Below the pieces are notes generated by a model. That model made no database searches. It was given only the letters and a program-made list of their open reading frames with translations, and had not been told where the DNA came from. 64,000 nt of DNA, taken from contig CAZUFC010000011.1 of NCBI GenBank assembly GCA_964619725.1, forward strand, positions 1 to 64,000. Direction: 5' to 3'. The position numbers were made by a program, and so were the translations under genes. This document shows, piece after piece, positions 47,541 to 58,322 of this stretch; within the stretch, counting starts at the first letter, position 1; each line of letters begins with the position of its first letter. The stretch is from an uncultured bacterium. GTDB taxonomy: Bacteria; CSSED10-310; CAZUFC01.

Positions 47541-50045
47541 TTAATTTTCATAACGGATGTGTATGTTGAATATTATCATTATCTCATTTTTGCAGTCGCC
47601 ATCGCCAAAATTGAGTTTCCCGGTCCAGTTTTCAACGCACTTATCTATTTTTTCGCTGATTTGGCCGGGAATCGTTAAGCGGCAATCTGCAACCTGACAT
47701 TTTGCATCTATTATCAGAACCATTTTTAATGTTTTTATCTTTTCCTGACGCATCATCTCAGTTTCAGCAAGGCAATTTTCCAGCTCCGTCAACTCTTTTT
47801 TCAACGTATTCAGAATTTGAAACCGGTTCGCTTTTCCCAGAATGCTGAAAGCTGTTTCATCAATCTGCAGGGAAAAACTGAATTCCTTCGCCTCTTTTTT
47901 GTCTATCGTCGTTTCTTCCGCTCTCTCTTCGGCCGCGGGTTCGGCTGCTGTAAATGAGTCGACTTTCTTCTCCAGATATCTCTGCGGCGGTGAAGCCGGA
48001 ACCGATTCGACGCCCTTTAAAAGCATCAATCCCCTGGCGGAACTTCCGCCGTGAACAGAGGCTTTTGAACGGCCGAAACTATCATAGGATATTCCGACCG
48101 ATTCATCGCCGAAGACACCTTCATATTCCACGAATTCAGGCAGCTCTACAGGAACGGCCACTTTTACGATCGTGCCGTCCGGCTCCTTTCTCACTTTTTC
48201 TTCAACGGCAACGAAAGAAGTGTATTTTGTCATCAGATTGAATTCCAGCGCCAGATCAGTCACCTGTTGCACGATGTCAGGGTCCTCCCGGTGAAACATC
48301 CGGTTCATCAGATCATGAATTCGTTTTCTCGCCCATAAAGTTCCCAGAACGTCGTGTTCCTTTTCATTCTCCGGAAATTGCACAACGATCGGTATTTCCA
48401 GTCTGCCCTGACCGGTTTTACCCTGGATGACCACGGTCTCTTCGCCGGACTCAGAAAATCTTCCGAACAAAACCACAGGCTGCGAATCGAAAAGGTCAGG
48501 GACCCTCTGAGGATAAACATCACGGACTTCCAGGCTCCCCCAGTCGATGCTTATGTTCGTCAGGCACGGATTATTGATTCTATCGTAGAACTTGTTCACC
48601 GGTTTTTCCGCCGGTTCATCCGGCCGAACGTATTGCGCCTCTCCCCGTCCTATTTCCGTCATTCTTTCCAGCAAATATCTGTTGACCGAAGAACCCACGC
48701 CGAATGCGAACATCCTGGCATTCCCGATCTTATCCTCGACAGCCCCCAGAATTTGAGTTTCATTTCCGATGTACCCGTCCGTCATCAGCAGAACAATACG
48801 CATTCTCTCAGGATCGGAAGGATAACCCAGGGCGGCTTTGATACCCTCTATCATCACAGTGCCGCCGGAACCCCACATGCTTTGCACATAATCCAGTCCT
48901 TTTTCGATATTTTTATCCGTTACGGTCAGCGGATGCGGAGAAAATTTTGAGGCTGAGGATGAAAAACGGATTATCTGAAAAGTGTCGTCAGGATTCAATC
49001 CCGCTATGCAGCGTTTCATGGCCTGGCGGGCCTGGTTGATAGGAGCGCCGCTCATCGAGCCTGAACAGTCTACGATGAATATCATCTCCTTGGGAACGAT
49101 TTCATCCTGGTCGGGCAGCTCTTCCGGTTGCACCATGAGCATGAAGAACCCGCCGCCGGCATCTCTGTGAGTCAGAAGCGCTGCTTCCGGTTTTTTCCCC
49201 GCCACCCTGTAACTCAAGATAAAATCCTTGTTGGGTATCGTATCGTGAGGAGCCAGACGCACCGCGGCATAAGCGCCGTCCCATTCCTCTTTTACAATTT
49301 CATGCGATTTCGACTGTATATCCATTATCGGGACACCCGCATCGATCATGACCATCAGATCGATGTCATGACCAGACCGCCGGCCTGGTTTTAACACCGG
49401 CGGCGTTATCCGTGATGCATCGGGAACCTGGTCCGTATCAGCAGCCCACCCCGCTCCGTTCTTGCCCGCCGGCGCACCCGGTATAAATCGCGGCCCCACA
49501 ACCATCGGGAACACGAATTCGTAAGTTCCATCATCATACTTCAAATCCTGAACGTAACTTATCATGATCTCTATCTGGTCGCCCGGATGAATATTGGCTA
49601 GGGATTGAGTGAATATATTGGGCCTTTCCTGCTCCAGCAGACTCGCCGTATGTCCCGCCTGTTTGGCCTGTTCATATATTTCACGAGCCTCTTCCCTCTT
49701 TTTTATCTCACCCCTGATGACGCGGCTGCCGATATGCATCGTCATCTCATCCACTGCCGCATTCTCCGGCAAAGGAAAAACATAAACAGCCTCAATCGTT
49801 TCATCAAAAGGATTCTCATAATGCTGCACAACATCCACTCTCGCTATGAAACCCGATATCTCCGCTTCAACATCCGTATGCTTCAACGGAAAATCAACCT
49901 TCTTTCCATCCTTCATCGCCGTAAGCGTGCCTGTCCCAGGCGTTTCCAGCGCCGTAACGGAACCCGACAAACTTGCTATAACCGCCATAAGCAAAATTCC
50001 TCTCAAAATCGACCCATAAACCCTTCGGTTATTCTTTTTCATCAT
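47541..50045 (-). CDS. Exported VIT + vWA domain protein
   Basis: EAVYVFPLP, LLEQERPNIF (VIT); DCSGSM MIDAS, GGT, MTDG (vWA); LWAR, YTSFVAVE. Confidence 0.9.
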   Translation of the reverse strand: MMKKNNRRVYGSILRGILLMAVIASLSGSVTALETPGTGTLTAMKDGKKVDFPLKHTDVEAEISGFIARVDVVQHYENPFDETIEAVYVFPLPENAAVDEMTMHIGSRVIRGEIKKREEAREIYEQAKQAGHTASLLEQERPNIFTQSLANIHPGDQIEIMISYVQDLKYDDGTYEFVFPMVVGPRFIPGAPAGKNGAGWAADTDQVPDASRITPPVLKPGRRSGHDIDLMVMIDAGVPIMDIQSKSHEIVKEEWDGAYAAVRLAPHDTIPNKDFILSYRVAGKKPEAALLTHRDAGGGFFMLMVQPEELPDQDEIVPKEMIFIVDCSGSMSGAPINQARQAMKRCIAGLNPDDTFQIIRFSSSASKFSPHPLTVTDKNIEKGLDYVQSMWGSGGTVMIEGIKAALGYPSDPERMRIVLLMTDGYIGNETQILGAVEDKIGNARMFAFGVGSSVNRYLLERMTEIGRGEAQYVRPDEPAEKPVNKFYDRINNPCLTNISIDWGSLEVRDVYPQRVPDLFDSQPVVLFGRFSESGEETVVIQGKTGQGRLEIPIVVQFPENEKEHDVLGTLWARKRIHDLMNRMFHREDPDIVQQVTDLALEFNLMTKYTSFVAVEEKVRKEPDGTIVKVAVPVELPEFVEYEGVFGDESVGISYDSFGRSKASVHGGSSARGLMLLKGVESVPASPPQRYLEKKVDSFTAAEPAAEERAEETTIDKKEAKEFSFSLQIDETAFSILGKANRFQILNTLKKELTELENCLAETEMMRQEKIKTLKMVLIIDAKCQVADCRLTIPGQISEKIDKCVENWTGKLNFGDGDCKNEIMIIFNIHIRYEN

Positions 50046-50614
50046 CTTTTCCTCCGTTGGAACTATTACAACTCTTTTAACATCTCCACATAAACAAATC
50101 AACATTCTCGCGGTCCGGACCGCCTTACACTTCTATTTCGACAACATATCAAAACATTTGTTCCCGAAAAACGGGATTTTCATTGTAACTTGTTGTGAAT
50201 AAAACTTATTAAAAAATATAGCCGCCGGATGCGGTATGGTCAATGCCGGATACTCAGGGACAAGAGCTCCCGGAGTGGATTGACTTTGTGAATTCCGGGC
50301 GATGATCAAAACAGCCGGATTTTTTGAAAAGTGTCTTCAACCTTCGGCAACCACGGTTCACACAGATCAACGCAGATAAAAAAATAAGAACTTTATGGAA
50401 ATTTTATTCCCCCATTGATCAGGTCCAGTAATTTTATGGAAACAAAATAACAAAGAGCGAAGAAAAGCAGAAGAGGCAATCCTTCATCTTTCCGAAGCGC
50501 TTTCGACATCGACCGATATTATATCCTTACAATAAAGCTGGTTCAAGAAGTCTGCCTGCTCATTTCCTGCACCTGTCATGGTCAAATCGAGAGCCTGGGT
50601 GTTCAGCACGCAGA

Positions 50615-51568
50615 CTATGCCGGCAGGATTTTCCAGCTTATCGTCCTTATTCCCGAAGTTTTTCTTTTTACATACGCTTCGCCCGCCAGGGACATATTGA
50701 TTGAAGAGGCCTTCAAATAAATCCTGAAGGATCGCGTGCGGGTCGCAACATCCGGCTGGATATCTCTGAAAATTTCGCGGGTCATACCTGGAACTGAGGT
50801 CAGGTCCTGGACTTCCTTGAAGGGATATTTTTCTCTGAATGAGATGATGTTTTCCGCCAAAGTTCTGTCTATAGCGGGCGACAGAGATTGCAGGACCGGT
50901 TTTTCGGCGGTGTTGACGTTAATTTTTCTTTCCGAGAAGACCGTGCAAAATTTTTTAATTTTTTCTTTTGTTCCAGGCGTTAATGATTCCAATCCGCGGA
51001 CGGAGAAAATTTCATTGATAAAATTCATAGGGCCGTTGCTTGTGCGGGAGGAAAAACTTTCAGAATAATCAGTCCGTTCCCAGCCGTTCTCCCGGGGCAG
51101 CAAATCCGGGTCAAGCCTGTCTAACAGAGCCGGTAAAAACGCCGGGTTAATTCCCAGAATATCCATTAAACGCTCAAATTGATCGATCTTTCGCAGGTTA
51201 TCCTCGCCTCTTGCATTGATTAACTGATTGATGTTGAATTTCGCACATTCATCCGTGATCAGAACGGTCAATTTTTGATTTTCGCCCGCTTCCAGGAACC
51301 GTTCCTGCGCCCAGAATTCATTCAGATGATCGACGACCGGTTCGTCTTCTTCTAAAAAACCGGCTACTGCATTTAACCCTGACTTTATCGTCAGACAGCA
51401 TTCAGCTCTTCTTACAACGTTTTCCGCAACAGCGGCCTTCATTCTCATTGTTTTGTTGAATTCCAGAAACAAAAAGGACAGCAACGCGGTCAGGGCCAAT
51501 ACAGTAATCAATGCGAAACCCCTGTTTTTCATCTTTAAAAATTTCATAGGATCATTGCTCGCAAACAT
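50615..51568 (-). CDS. gspK: T2SS minor pseudopilin GspK-like
   Basis: RGFALITVL (no E5), DHLNEFWA, DECAKFNIN, INVNTA, HhH region. Confidence 0.88.
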   Translation of the reverse strand: MFASNDPMKFLKMKNRGFALITVLALTALLSFLFLEFNKTMRMKAAVAENVVRRAECCLTIKSGLNAVAGFLEEDEPVVDHLNEFWAQERFLEAGENQKLTVLITDECAKFNINQLINARGEDNLRKIDQFERLMDILGINPAFLPALLDRLDPDLLPRENGWERTDYSESFSSRTSNGPMNFINEIFSVRGLESLTPGTKEKIKKFCTVFSERKINVNTAEKPVLQSLSPAIDRTLAENIISFREKYPFKEVQDLTSVPGMTREIFRDIQPDVATRTRSFRIYLKASSINMSLAGEAYVKRKTSGIRTISWKILPA

Positions 51569-52175
51569 CTATGACCGGACTGACGAATCGTTCGAATTCC
51601 CATGAGCGATCATCTCTGCCTTTCCGGGTAAGTTTTATTTCAATTAATCGGGGAATACAATGGTCGTTTGAATTCCAATTTTCAACCCTGTCGCCGTCCC
51701 TGAAAAATAAAATTTGAAATTCGCTGATATTATCCAGAAGGACATACCAGTTTAAAGGGTTACCGTCCGTTTCATTTACGGGCTGCCGGGAATAATAAAG
51801 GATATAGGTTTCATTGTCCGGATCATAAACAGAGCGGTAATTTAATCTCGCCGGACCGTCATATCGAGCGCCGGCGGCTGAAGCGAAAGTAATGACTGAC
51901 TGCCTGATGTCCTCGTCGTAAGTTGCTTCCGCTTTAAAGAGATAATCCTGATTTCCGCTGAAATAAACGGTCTGCTCAAGTTCTTCGCATATTTTTTCTA
52001 AAACCCTGTCGGCTGACTGAACCCGATTCATATCCGTCCGCACATTTGCGACAAAGCTGATGCCTTGAGAAAGACTCTGGCGCATGAGAATCATGATGAG
52101 AGAAAACAGGGTCAATGCGATCATAATTTCAATGAGCGTGAATCCTTTTTTTATTTTTCCAAGCGCTGTAATCAT
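51552..52175 (-). CDS. gspJ: T2SS pseudopilin GspJ-like
   Basis: KGFTLIEIMIAL prepilin motif, W...PRLIEI C-terminus, position before gspK. Confidence 0.75.
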   Translation of the reverse strand: MITALGKIKKGFTLIEIMIALTLFSLIMILMRQSLSQGISFVANVRTDMNRVQSADRVLEKICEELEQTVYFSGNQDYLFKAEATYDEDIRQSVITFASAAGARYDGPARLNYRSVYDPDNETYILYYSRQPVNETDGNPLNWYVLLDNISEFQILFFRDGDRVENWNSNDHCIPRLIEIKLTRKGRDDRSWEFERFVSPVIDVCEQ

Positions 52176-52194
52176 TCAAAGGTTCCCTGGAAAC

Positions 52195-52569
52195 TCATCG
52201 GTCATCTGGAAAATATACGGCCTGAAAAAGGGGATACTCAGGTTCATTTTCCTTGAATACGGTCAGAGTAATTTTTCGTAAACCTGAAAGCAAGGCGGGC
52301 GAACTTTCCAGGCGCCAGTGTAAATTGTTATGAGCCCCTTCCTGTTTCCCTTTCTGCCCGTCCATAACCGTAATTTCTTCCGCCTCCAATCGTGAAACCA
52401 GACTTTGCGCCAGTTGAACCGCCAGCATTCTGTCCCTGGCTGTTTCCGCTATCCTGATGCTCATACCCAAAAACCGGAATAATACGACAAACATTGAGGC
52501 CATGATGACGACGGAAGCCGTTATTTCAATCAGTGTAAATCCTTTATATCTTCGCTTCTTCTTCCACAT
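52195..52569 (-). CDS. gspI: T2SS pseudopilin GspI-like
   Basis: KGFTLIEI prepilin motif, short length, gene order. Confidence 0.7.
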   Translation of the reverse strand: MWKKKRRYKGFTLIEITASVVIMASMFVVLFRFLGMSIRIAETARDRMLAVQLAQSLVSRLEAEEITVMDGQKGKQEGAHNNLHWRLESSPALLSGLRKITLTVFKENEPEYPLFQAVYFPDDR

Positions 52570-53041
52570 ACCCATTTTCCCAGTCAACGGAACTCCTGAA
52601 AGCATGAATGAAAACAGTTTTTCTTTTTCCCTTCTCCGTTTCAAAATGCAGCACAGCCGGCTCAGCCATTCCGTAAGGATCAATCCTGATCGCGAATCGA
52701 CCCCTTCTTTTCTTTCCTTCTGACGGCGAAACAGCATCAATCAGACTGTATTCCTTCGGGAAAGACATTAATTTTGTGGTTTCATCTCCTCCGCGAAAAA
52801 CAATTCCCGATTCCAATTCAATGAACAGAATTATATTCTCATGAGAATAAGCAGCATCCCGACGGTTTTTTTCAATAATCGCTGATAGAATTCTCAGAGA
52901 CGACAGAAATTTTTCCTGAGAAAAAGAAGTCAAAACAGGCAGCGCAACGCTTATCGTCAGACTCAAAATCGCAATCACCAGCATAATTTCAAGAAAAGTG
53001 TAACCCTTACCGGTATAACGCTTCTCTTTAATAAAAACCAT
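52544..53041 (-). CDS. T2SS pseudopilin GspH/FimT-like
   Basis: KGYTFLEIMLVIAIL prepilin motif; GGAGA before ATG 53041. Confidence 0.7.
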   Translation of the reverse strand: MVFIKEKRYTGKGYTFLEIMLVIAILSLTISVALPVLTSFSQEKFLSSLRILSAIIEKNRRDAAYSHENIILFIELESGIVFRGGDETTKLMSFPKEYSLIDAVSPSEGKKRRGRFAIRIDPYGMAEPAVLHFETEKGKRKTVFIHAFRSSVDWENGYVEEEAKI

Positions 53042-53051
53042 ATCTCCGGAT

Positions 53052-53083
53052 AAAAAAAACGGGATGCGTCGCCGCATCCCTTT
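53052..53083 (-). terminator. Intrinsic terminator after the ferredoxin gene
   Basis: GGGATGCG/CGCATCCC stem followed by T8 on the minus strand. Confidence 0.8.
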
Positions 53084-53116
53084 CAATTTTTTTACTCGTG
53101 AATTGCCGTTCAGCCG

Positions 53117-53305
53117 TTACTCGTACTTAATGACTTCGACAGGACAATTTTCAGCAGCTTCGACAATACAATCTTCGTTTTCAGCCAAATCTGCATCCTC
53201 GATAACTTCAGCTTCATCATCCAATTCAAAAACATCAGGGCAAATATCCTCGCATAATCCGCATGCGGTGCAACCTTCTTCGATCCATACTTTTTTTATC
53301 GCCAT
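53117..53305 (-). CDS. Single-cluster [4Fe-4S] ferredoxin
   Basis: CTACGLC...CP...AAENCPVEVI, acidic, 62 aa. Confidence 0.93.
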   Translation of the reverse strand: MAIKKVWIEEGCTACGLCEDICPDVFELDDEAEVIEDADLAENEDCIVEAAENCPVEVIKYE

Positions 53306-53628
53306 TTTTAACCTCCAGTAAGTCTTCTAAAGTTCAATCAATGCTCATAATATTTTTTTTTAAAAACGTCAAGAGCAAAATGGCGTTGAACAGAAATTTT
53401 TTCTGTTTTTTTTTGATTTCTCTGAAATTGAGCACAAAACAGGCATGAAAAATTTTCGTGAGAGATGAAATAAACGTAACACTTTTATGAAAATACTTCT
53501 CTCTTATCCAACGTGGTCCGTGATATCAACGGTTGCCGAAGCGGTACAATTGTTAGCGTAAACCGCAACATCTGTCCGCCCCTGCCCGCGGATTTAAACT
53601 TGATATAGCGGTCAGACGCCGATCAAAA

Positions 53629-54576
53629 TCAAACCGGTACGGAAATGCGATCCAGGATTTCTTTCACCACCTCTTTCGCAGTAATCCCTCCATACCTGAT
53701 TTCCGGCTTGAGAATAAGCCGGTGGGCCAGAACGGGCACTGCGACGCGTTTGACGTCCTCAGGGAGGCAGTAATTCCTGTGTTTGATAAAAGCATTGGCC
53801 TGAGCGGTCCGATACAACACCAGAGAACCTCTCGGACCGGCTCCGAGACGCACCTTGTCTGAATTTCTGGTTTCAGATGTAATTCTGACCATGTAATCCA
53901 GAAGATCGTCGTCCACCCGGACATTCCTTATTTTTTCCTGCAACCTCACGACGTCCGTAATGGAAAGTCTGGACTTCAAAGTCTCAATAGGATGCGCGGT
54001 CCTTTGATCCAGAACCATTTTCTTTTCCATCTGGACATTCAGATATCCCAGTGTAATGCTCATCGAAAAACGGTCCAGTTGCGATTCAGGGAGCGGGAAT
54101 GTTCCTTCATATTCGATAGGATTCTGAGTGGCGATGACCATGAAAGGGTCCGGCAACTCATATGTATTTCTGTCTATGGTTACCTGGAAATCGCTCATCG
54201 CTTCCAGAAGTGCGGACTGAGTTCGAGGCGTCGCTCTGTTAATTTCATCAGCCAGCACGATATGAGCAAATATGGGACCCTTTTTGAACTCAAATATACC
54301 GAGGTTCTGATTATAGATGGAAACGCCGAGAATATCTGAGGGAAGGAGGTCCGGGGTAAACTGAATTCGTTGGAATTCCGTTTCGAGGGATTTGGCTATG
54401 GCCCGTCCCAGGGTCGTTTTGCCTACTCCGGGTATGTCCTGGATCAATAAATGCCCTTTACTCATAAGAGCGATCATGGCCAACTCAACAACTTCCGTTT
54501 TGCCGATAATGACCTTTTCGATGTTGTTCTTCAGCTCGTCTATCAAATTCCATTCTTTTTCCAGTTTCTGATTCAT
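53629..54576 (-). CDS. moxR: MoxR-family AAA+ ATPase
   Basis: PGVGKT, RIQFTPDLLPSD, DEINRA, ATQNPIE, LDRF. Confidence 0.93.
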   Translation of the reverse strand: MNQKLEKEWNLIDELKNNIEKVIIGKTEVVELAMIALMSKGHLLIQDIPGVGKTTLGRAIAKSLETEFQRIQFTPDLLPSDILGVSIYNQNLGIFEFKKGPIFAHIVLADEINRATPRTQSALLEAMSDFQVTIDRNTYELPDPFMVIATQNPIEYEGTFPLPESQLDRFSMSITLGYLNVQMEKKMVLDQRTAHPIETLKSRLSITDVVRLQEKIRNVRVDDDLLDYMVRITSETRNSDKVRLGAGPRGSLVLYRTAQANAFIKHRNYCLPEDVKRVAVPVLAHRLILKPEIRYGGITAKEVVKEILDRISVPV

Positions 54577-54642
54577 TTTTTATCCTTTGCTTAATGAAAC
54601 CGAACTGATGTTCGCTTTTGGCTGCATCCTCCTGCCACGTTT

Positions 54643-56313
54643 TCAATACATAAAACTGCTTCCTCCGATGAACTCCCTTAAAATCGACGTCGGCGGCACT
54701 TCACGCTGGCTGATGCCTCGAAAATAGGACAAAAACTTTAATAATCTCCTCGCTTCGGAATACTCTTTTTCAGACCGCGGTATTTGTCTGAGCAACGTTT
54801 CAGCGTAGCGTTTAAGAATTGAGAGTTCGTAAACCAGTGCGGAATTGAACATAAAATTCGCCTGCTCCTGAAACGGAAAAATAAACCTTTCCTCGCCTTC
54901 CCTGACGCTGTGCCACCGACTGATGGTTTCCTGAGCGGTATGAGACCTGAATCTTGCATCCCGGACTATCCGTCTAAGCAGTCTTGTATCGGTCGTAGGA
55001 ATTCTGTTGTGATTATCTATGTTGAGGTGCGTCAGCGCGCTGACGTATATTTTTTGTTTGAGGTCGGGCGGTATTGAAGGAGTCAAAGCATCATTCAGTC
55101 CGTGAATGCCTTCAATGATTACTAGTCCGGCATCGCCCAGCTTCAACCGTCTGCCGCCGTATTTTCTTTCTCCCGACGTGAAATCAAAACGGGGTATCTC
55201 TATCGCCTGTCCGTCGAGGAGTCTTAAAAGATGCTCGTTGAACAGCTCTACATCAATTGCGTCAAGGCATTCAAAATCATAATTGCCGTTTTCATCCCTG
55301 GGAGAATCCGACCTGTTCTTAAAATAATCATCCAGAGACAGCGCTACAGGCTTCAGGCCGAAAACTCTTAACTGAATGTAAAGTCTCTTTGAAAACGTGG
55401 TTTTTCCCGAAGAAGACGGACCGGCAATAAGAATTATTTTTCGATTATCCTTTTCTTCGTTTATTTTTTCCGCCACGTCATCGATCTTTTTCCCGTGCAG
55501 CGCCTCAGCTATTTTAATGAATTCTGAAATGTCGCCCTGCACTATAATCTGATTCAATTGACCCACGTCTTCCACCTCAAGAATGGAACCCCACTTCTCA
55601 TGCTCCTGAAAAATAGAGAATAATTTCGGTTGATCCTCCAATTCCGGTATTTCCATAGGAACGGAGTAATGGGGATACAAGAGCACGAAACCCGGCGGAT
55701 AATTGGTCAATCGGAAATATTTCAAGTAACCGGCCCGCGGCACAAGAGGGCCGAAAAAATAATTGAAGAAAGGACCGAACGAATAAACGTTGACGCGGCG
55801 TCGCGGTATGTTCTCCAGAAGCCGCACCTTATCCATTTCGCCGATTTCCCTGAAAAGACGGATAGCTTTCTGCACGGGGTAAGTATGTCGAACGAAAGGT
55901 TCGTCCTGTTCCACTATCTCATGCATCCTCTGCTCGATGGACTTTACCTGCTCGTCGGTCAGAATATGCTGATTCTTGAAATGACAATACAAACCTTTGC
56001 TGATGGAATGATCGACGATTAATGTGTCTTCGGGATAAAGGCTTTTGACTGCCCGGTACAGGAGAAAAATGAGACTTCGGTAATATGCCTGAGTTCCCGC
56101 ACGCGTTCCCATATCGAAAAATTCAACTTCGCTGTCTTTGCTTGGCTTGTAGAACAGGTCTACGATTTTATTGTTGACGTTCGCCACCACGACAGGATAT
56201 TTCGATTGATAATCGTTTTCGTCAAGGACATCCAATAATGTTTTTTCAGAAGCGGCATTCATTGTGCCGTAATTTTCAACGGCAAGCTCTATCATTGTTT
56301 CCTTGCTCATCAC
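54643..56313 (-). CDS. Nucleoside (uridine) kinase with N-terminal ThrRS-like domain
   Basis: AGPSSSGKTT, EGIHGLN, RRIVRD, FNSALVYEL, SILREFIGGS. Confidence 0.88.
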   Translation of the reverse strand: MMSKETMIELAVENYGTMNAASEKTLLDVLDENDYQSKYPVVVANVNNKIVDLFYKPSKDSEVEFFDMGTRAGTQAYYRSLIFLLYRAVKSLYPEDTLIVDHSISKGLYCHFKNQHILTDEQVKSIEQRMHEIVEQDEPFVRHTYPVQKAIRLFREIGEMDKVRLLENIPRRRVNVYSFGPFFNYFFGPLVPRAGYLKYFRLTNYPPGFVLLYPHYSVPMEIPELEDQPKLFSIFQEHEKWGSILEVEDVGQLNQIIVQGDISEFIKIAEALHGKKIDDVAEKINEEKDNRKIILIAGPSSSGKTTFSKRLYIQLRVFGLKPVALSLDDYFKNRSDSPRDENGNYDFECLDAIDVELFNEHLLRLLDGQAIEIPRFDFTSGERKYGGRRLKLGDAGLVIIEGIHGLNDALTPSIPPDLKQKIYVSALTHLNIDNHNRIPTTDTRLLRRIVRDARFRSHTAQETISRWHSVREGEERFIFPFQEQANFMFNSALVYELSILKRYAETLLRQIPRSEKEYSEARRLLKFLSYFRGISQREVPPTSILREFIGGSSFMY

Positions 56314-56424
56314 TCTTCCTCTCCATTCATATTATGAAGCCAATCAACCATAAAATCAAACTCTTATGCCGATAGAGACAAATCCTGATTTTCCGTCGTC
56401 TCGTTGGAGGAATCCAAATCCTGC

Positions 56425-58146
56425 TCAGTATTTCGTTTTCACTACGAGAGTTTTATATTCTTCAACCCGTACCTGGCCTTCGGCTCCGCCGGGTATTTTT
56501 TTCACGTGTTTCCGCCTTGTATACATTACAGAAGTTTTAGGTTCGTATTTCCCTTTGCTGTGCTCAGCCGCAAGCCTTGCAGCCTGCAATAAAGTCGCTT
56601 CGGGCAGAGTTTCCTTATTCTGCGGATTGACGACCAACACGTGAGCGCCTCTATATACCGAAGCATGAAACCAGAAATCTCTTCCTTTTCCTTTTTTGAA
56701 GCTGATCATCTCATTTTCTTTTGCATTCCGGCCGACATAGATGGTCATCCCATCCTTGCTGATCACTTTGAAAAGTTTTTTTTGCTTCCCCTTGTCCGTT
56801 TTCTTGCGGCGCATGGCCGAAATGTCGCCCAGCAAACGCTTAATCTGTTCTTCAATTCTTTTCAACTGCTCAGTCGAATCAGAATCTCTTATCCGTTCCT
56901 CCATAGCAGTTAAATCGTTTATGATGCTTTCCGCTTCTGATCTTCTTCTTTCTAAAACTTCTTTACCTCTCCGGCTTTTTTTATATTTTTTAAACCATTT
57001 TTGAGCATTCATAGCCGGCGACAAGGCCGGATCAAGAGAAATGACGGTTTTCTTGCCGGACGGATGCATCTGACCGGAAATTTCTATCCTCTCCGCTCCT
57101 TTTTCAATCAGATGAGCCTGCGCCAGTATCAATTGTCCCCTTATTTTATAAGTTTCGGTCTTATCAAGTCCTTTTGATTCTTTTTTCAGTCTTTCCAATG
57201 TCTTTTTCTGTCTGTTCATTTCCGTCTTTATCATTTTTTGAATGCGGCTTTTCAAATTATTAAATTCGTCAATTCGAGCCTTTTCAGACAAATATACTTC
57301 CACAGCCTCGCTCATCGAACTGAAAAACCGCTCCTCCACGTCGCCGTAACGGTATGTTTTAAATGCGCTTAGCTTCCATTCATATTTTCCGGTTCTTCTT
57401 TTTTCTCTCGGCAATCTGAACAGATTAGGAGAAAAATCCTTCTGTTTATATAATTCCATAAAATCACGAAAATGACTGAAAAGTCCCTTCCCGGGAAAAA
57501 GTTTCCCCCGTTCAACGATCTCACCCGCGGCATCGGGACTCATCGGCTTGAACGCTTTCAAAAGAGATATTCGTGAAGGCTCTGCACCGGCTATCCTGTT
57601 GAACTCCTGCTCATCTTCCAGATTCAAAGCATTAATGCTTTCACCCAGGGGCGGTATATTGTAAAAAGCGCCGATGAATATCGGTCGCTCCGGGCTGTCC
57701 TGAATATCTACGCTTTTAAAAGGGTACATTATCCTTCCCGTATCCGGAGACCAGAAATAAAAGTTCCTGTTCCTTCCCATCAATTCAATCGTTCCCGTTA
57801 TTTTCCTCTTTTCCGGAAATACGTGATAAAAATCCAGGTGCACGATTCTTTCAGCCGTTTCCTGCCTGACGCATTCTAGCTCCGCTCCTGTCAGGTTCTT
57901 TTTCATGAACTGCAGAAAAAGCGATTGACTGGATTCTCCAGCATAATTCTTTCCGCCTCCACAGTAAATAGCAGGAAAAGAAGAATTCAGGCAGATACTC
58001 AACGTGAACTCTTCAGGCTTCCCATAAAAATCAAATCGAATGACGGCGTAATCTTCCTCTTTTATCCTGACTATTTTTCTTCCCGCCAGTTTTTTCTTCA
58101 TTTCTTCAACAACCGCTGCCACGCAAAAAACGTCCATTTTCTTCAC
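56425..58146 (-). CDS. rqcH: NFACT-family ribosome quality-control protein RqcH/FbpA
   Basis: ERIV, IELMGR.N, coiled coil, NAQKWFKKYKK, VGRNAKEN, WFHA...GAHV. Confidence 0.88.
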   Translation of the reverse strand: MKKMDVFCVAAVVEEMKKKLAGRKIVRIKEEDYAVIRFDFYGKPEEFTLSICLNSSFPAIYCGGGKNYAGESSQSLFLQFMKKNLTGAELECVRQETAERIVHLDFYHVFPEKRKITGTIELMGRNRNFYFWSPDTGRIMYPFKSVDIQDSPERPIFIGAFYNIPPLGESINALNLEDEQEFNRIAGAEPSRISLLKAFKPMSPDAAGEIVERGKLFPGKGLFSHFRDFMELYKQKDFSPNLFRLPREKRRTGKYEWKLSAFKTYRYGDVEERFFSSMSEAVEVYLSEKARIDEFNNLKSRIQKMIKTEMNRQKKTLERLKKESKGLDKTETYKIRGQLILAQAHLIEKGAERIEISGQMHPSGKKTVISLDPALSPAMNAQKWFKKYKKSRRGKEVLERRRSEAESIINDLTAMEERIRDSDSTEQLKRIEEQIKRLLGDISAMRRKKTDKGKQKKLFKVISKDGMTIYVGRNAKENEMISFKKGKGRDFWFHASVYRGAHVLVVNPQNKETLPEATLLQAARLAAEHSKGKYEPKTSVMYTRRKHVKKIPGGAEGQVRVEEYKTLVVKTKY

Positions 58147-58251
58147 CTCTTTCAGTAACGCCCGCCTGCCCCGTTATACAGGGATTCCGTATGAAACATT
58201 GTTTTTTAGCGTCTGTCAAATGCCGGTCTGACGGTTTTCGTCTTGCTCTTA

Positions 58252-58280
58252 TTGACTTATTTCCTCCCAAATTTTAGCAT
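58252..58280 (+). promoter_or_regulatory. Putative sigma70 promoter
   Basis: TTGACT-17 bp-TAGCAT upstream of GGAGG and ATG 58323. Confidence 0.45.
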
Positions 58281-58322
58281 TAATGTCGGAAATGTCGGAT
58301 TCTTAATCGGAGGAGATACAGG

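Noticed and set aside
47541-54576. MoxR and VIT-vWA as a chaperone pair
   Set aside because: They are separated by a terminator and unrelated genes, and the vWA protein appears exported while MoxR is cytoplasmic
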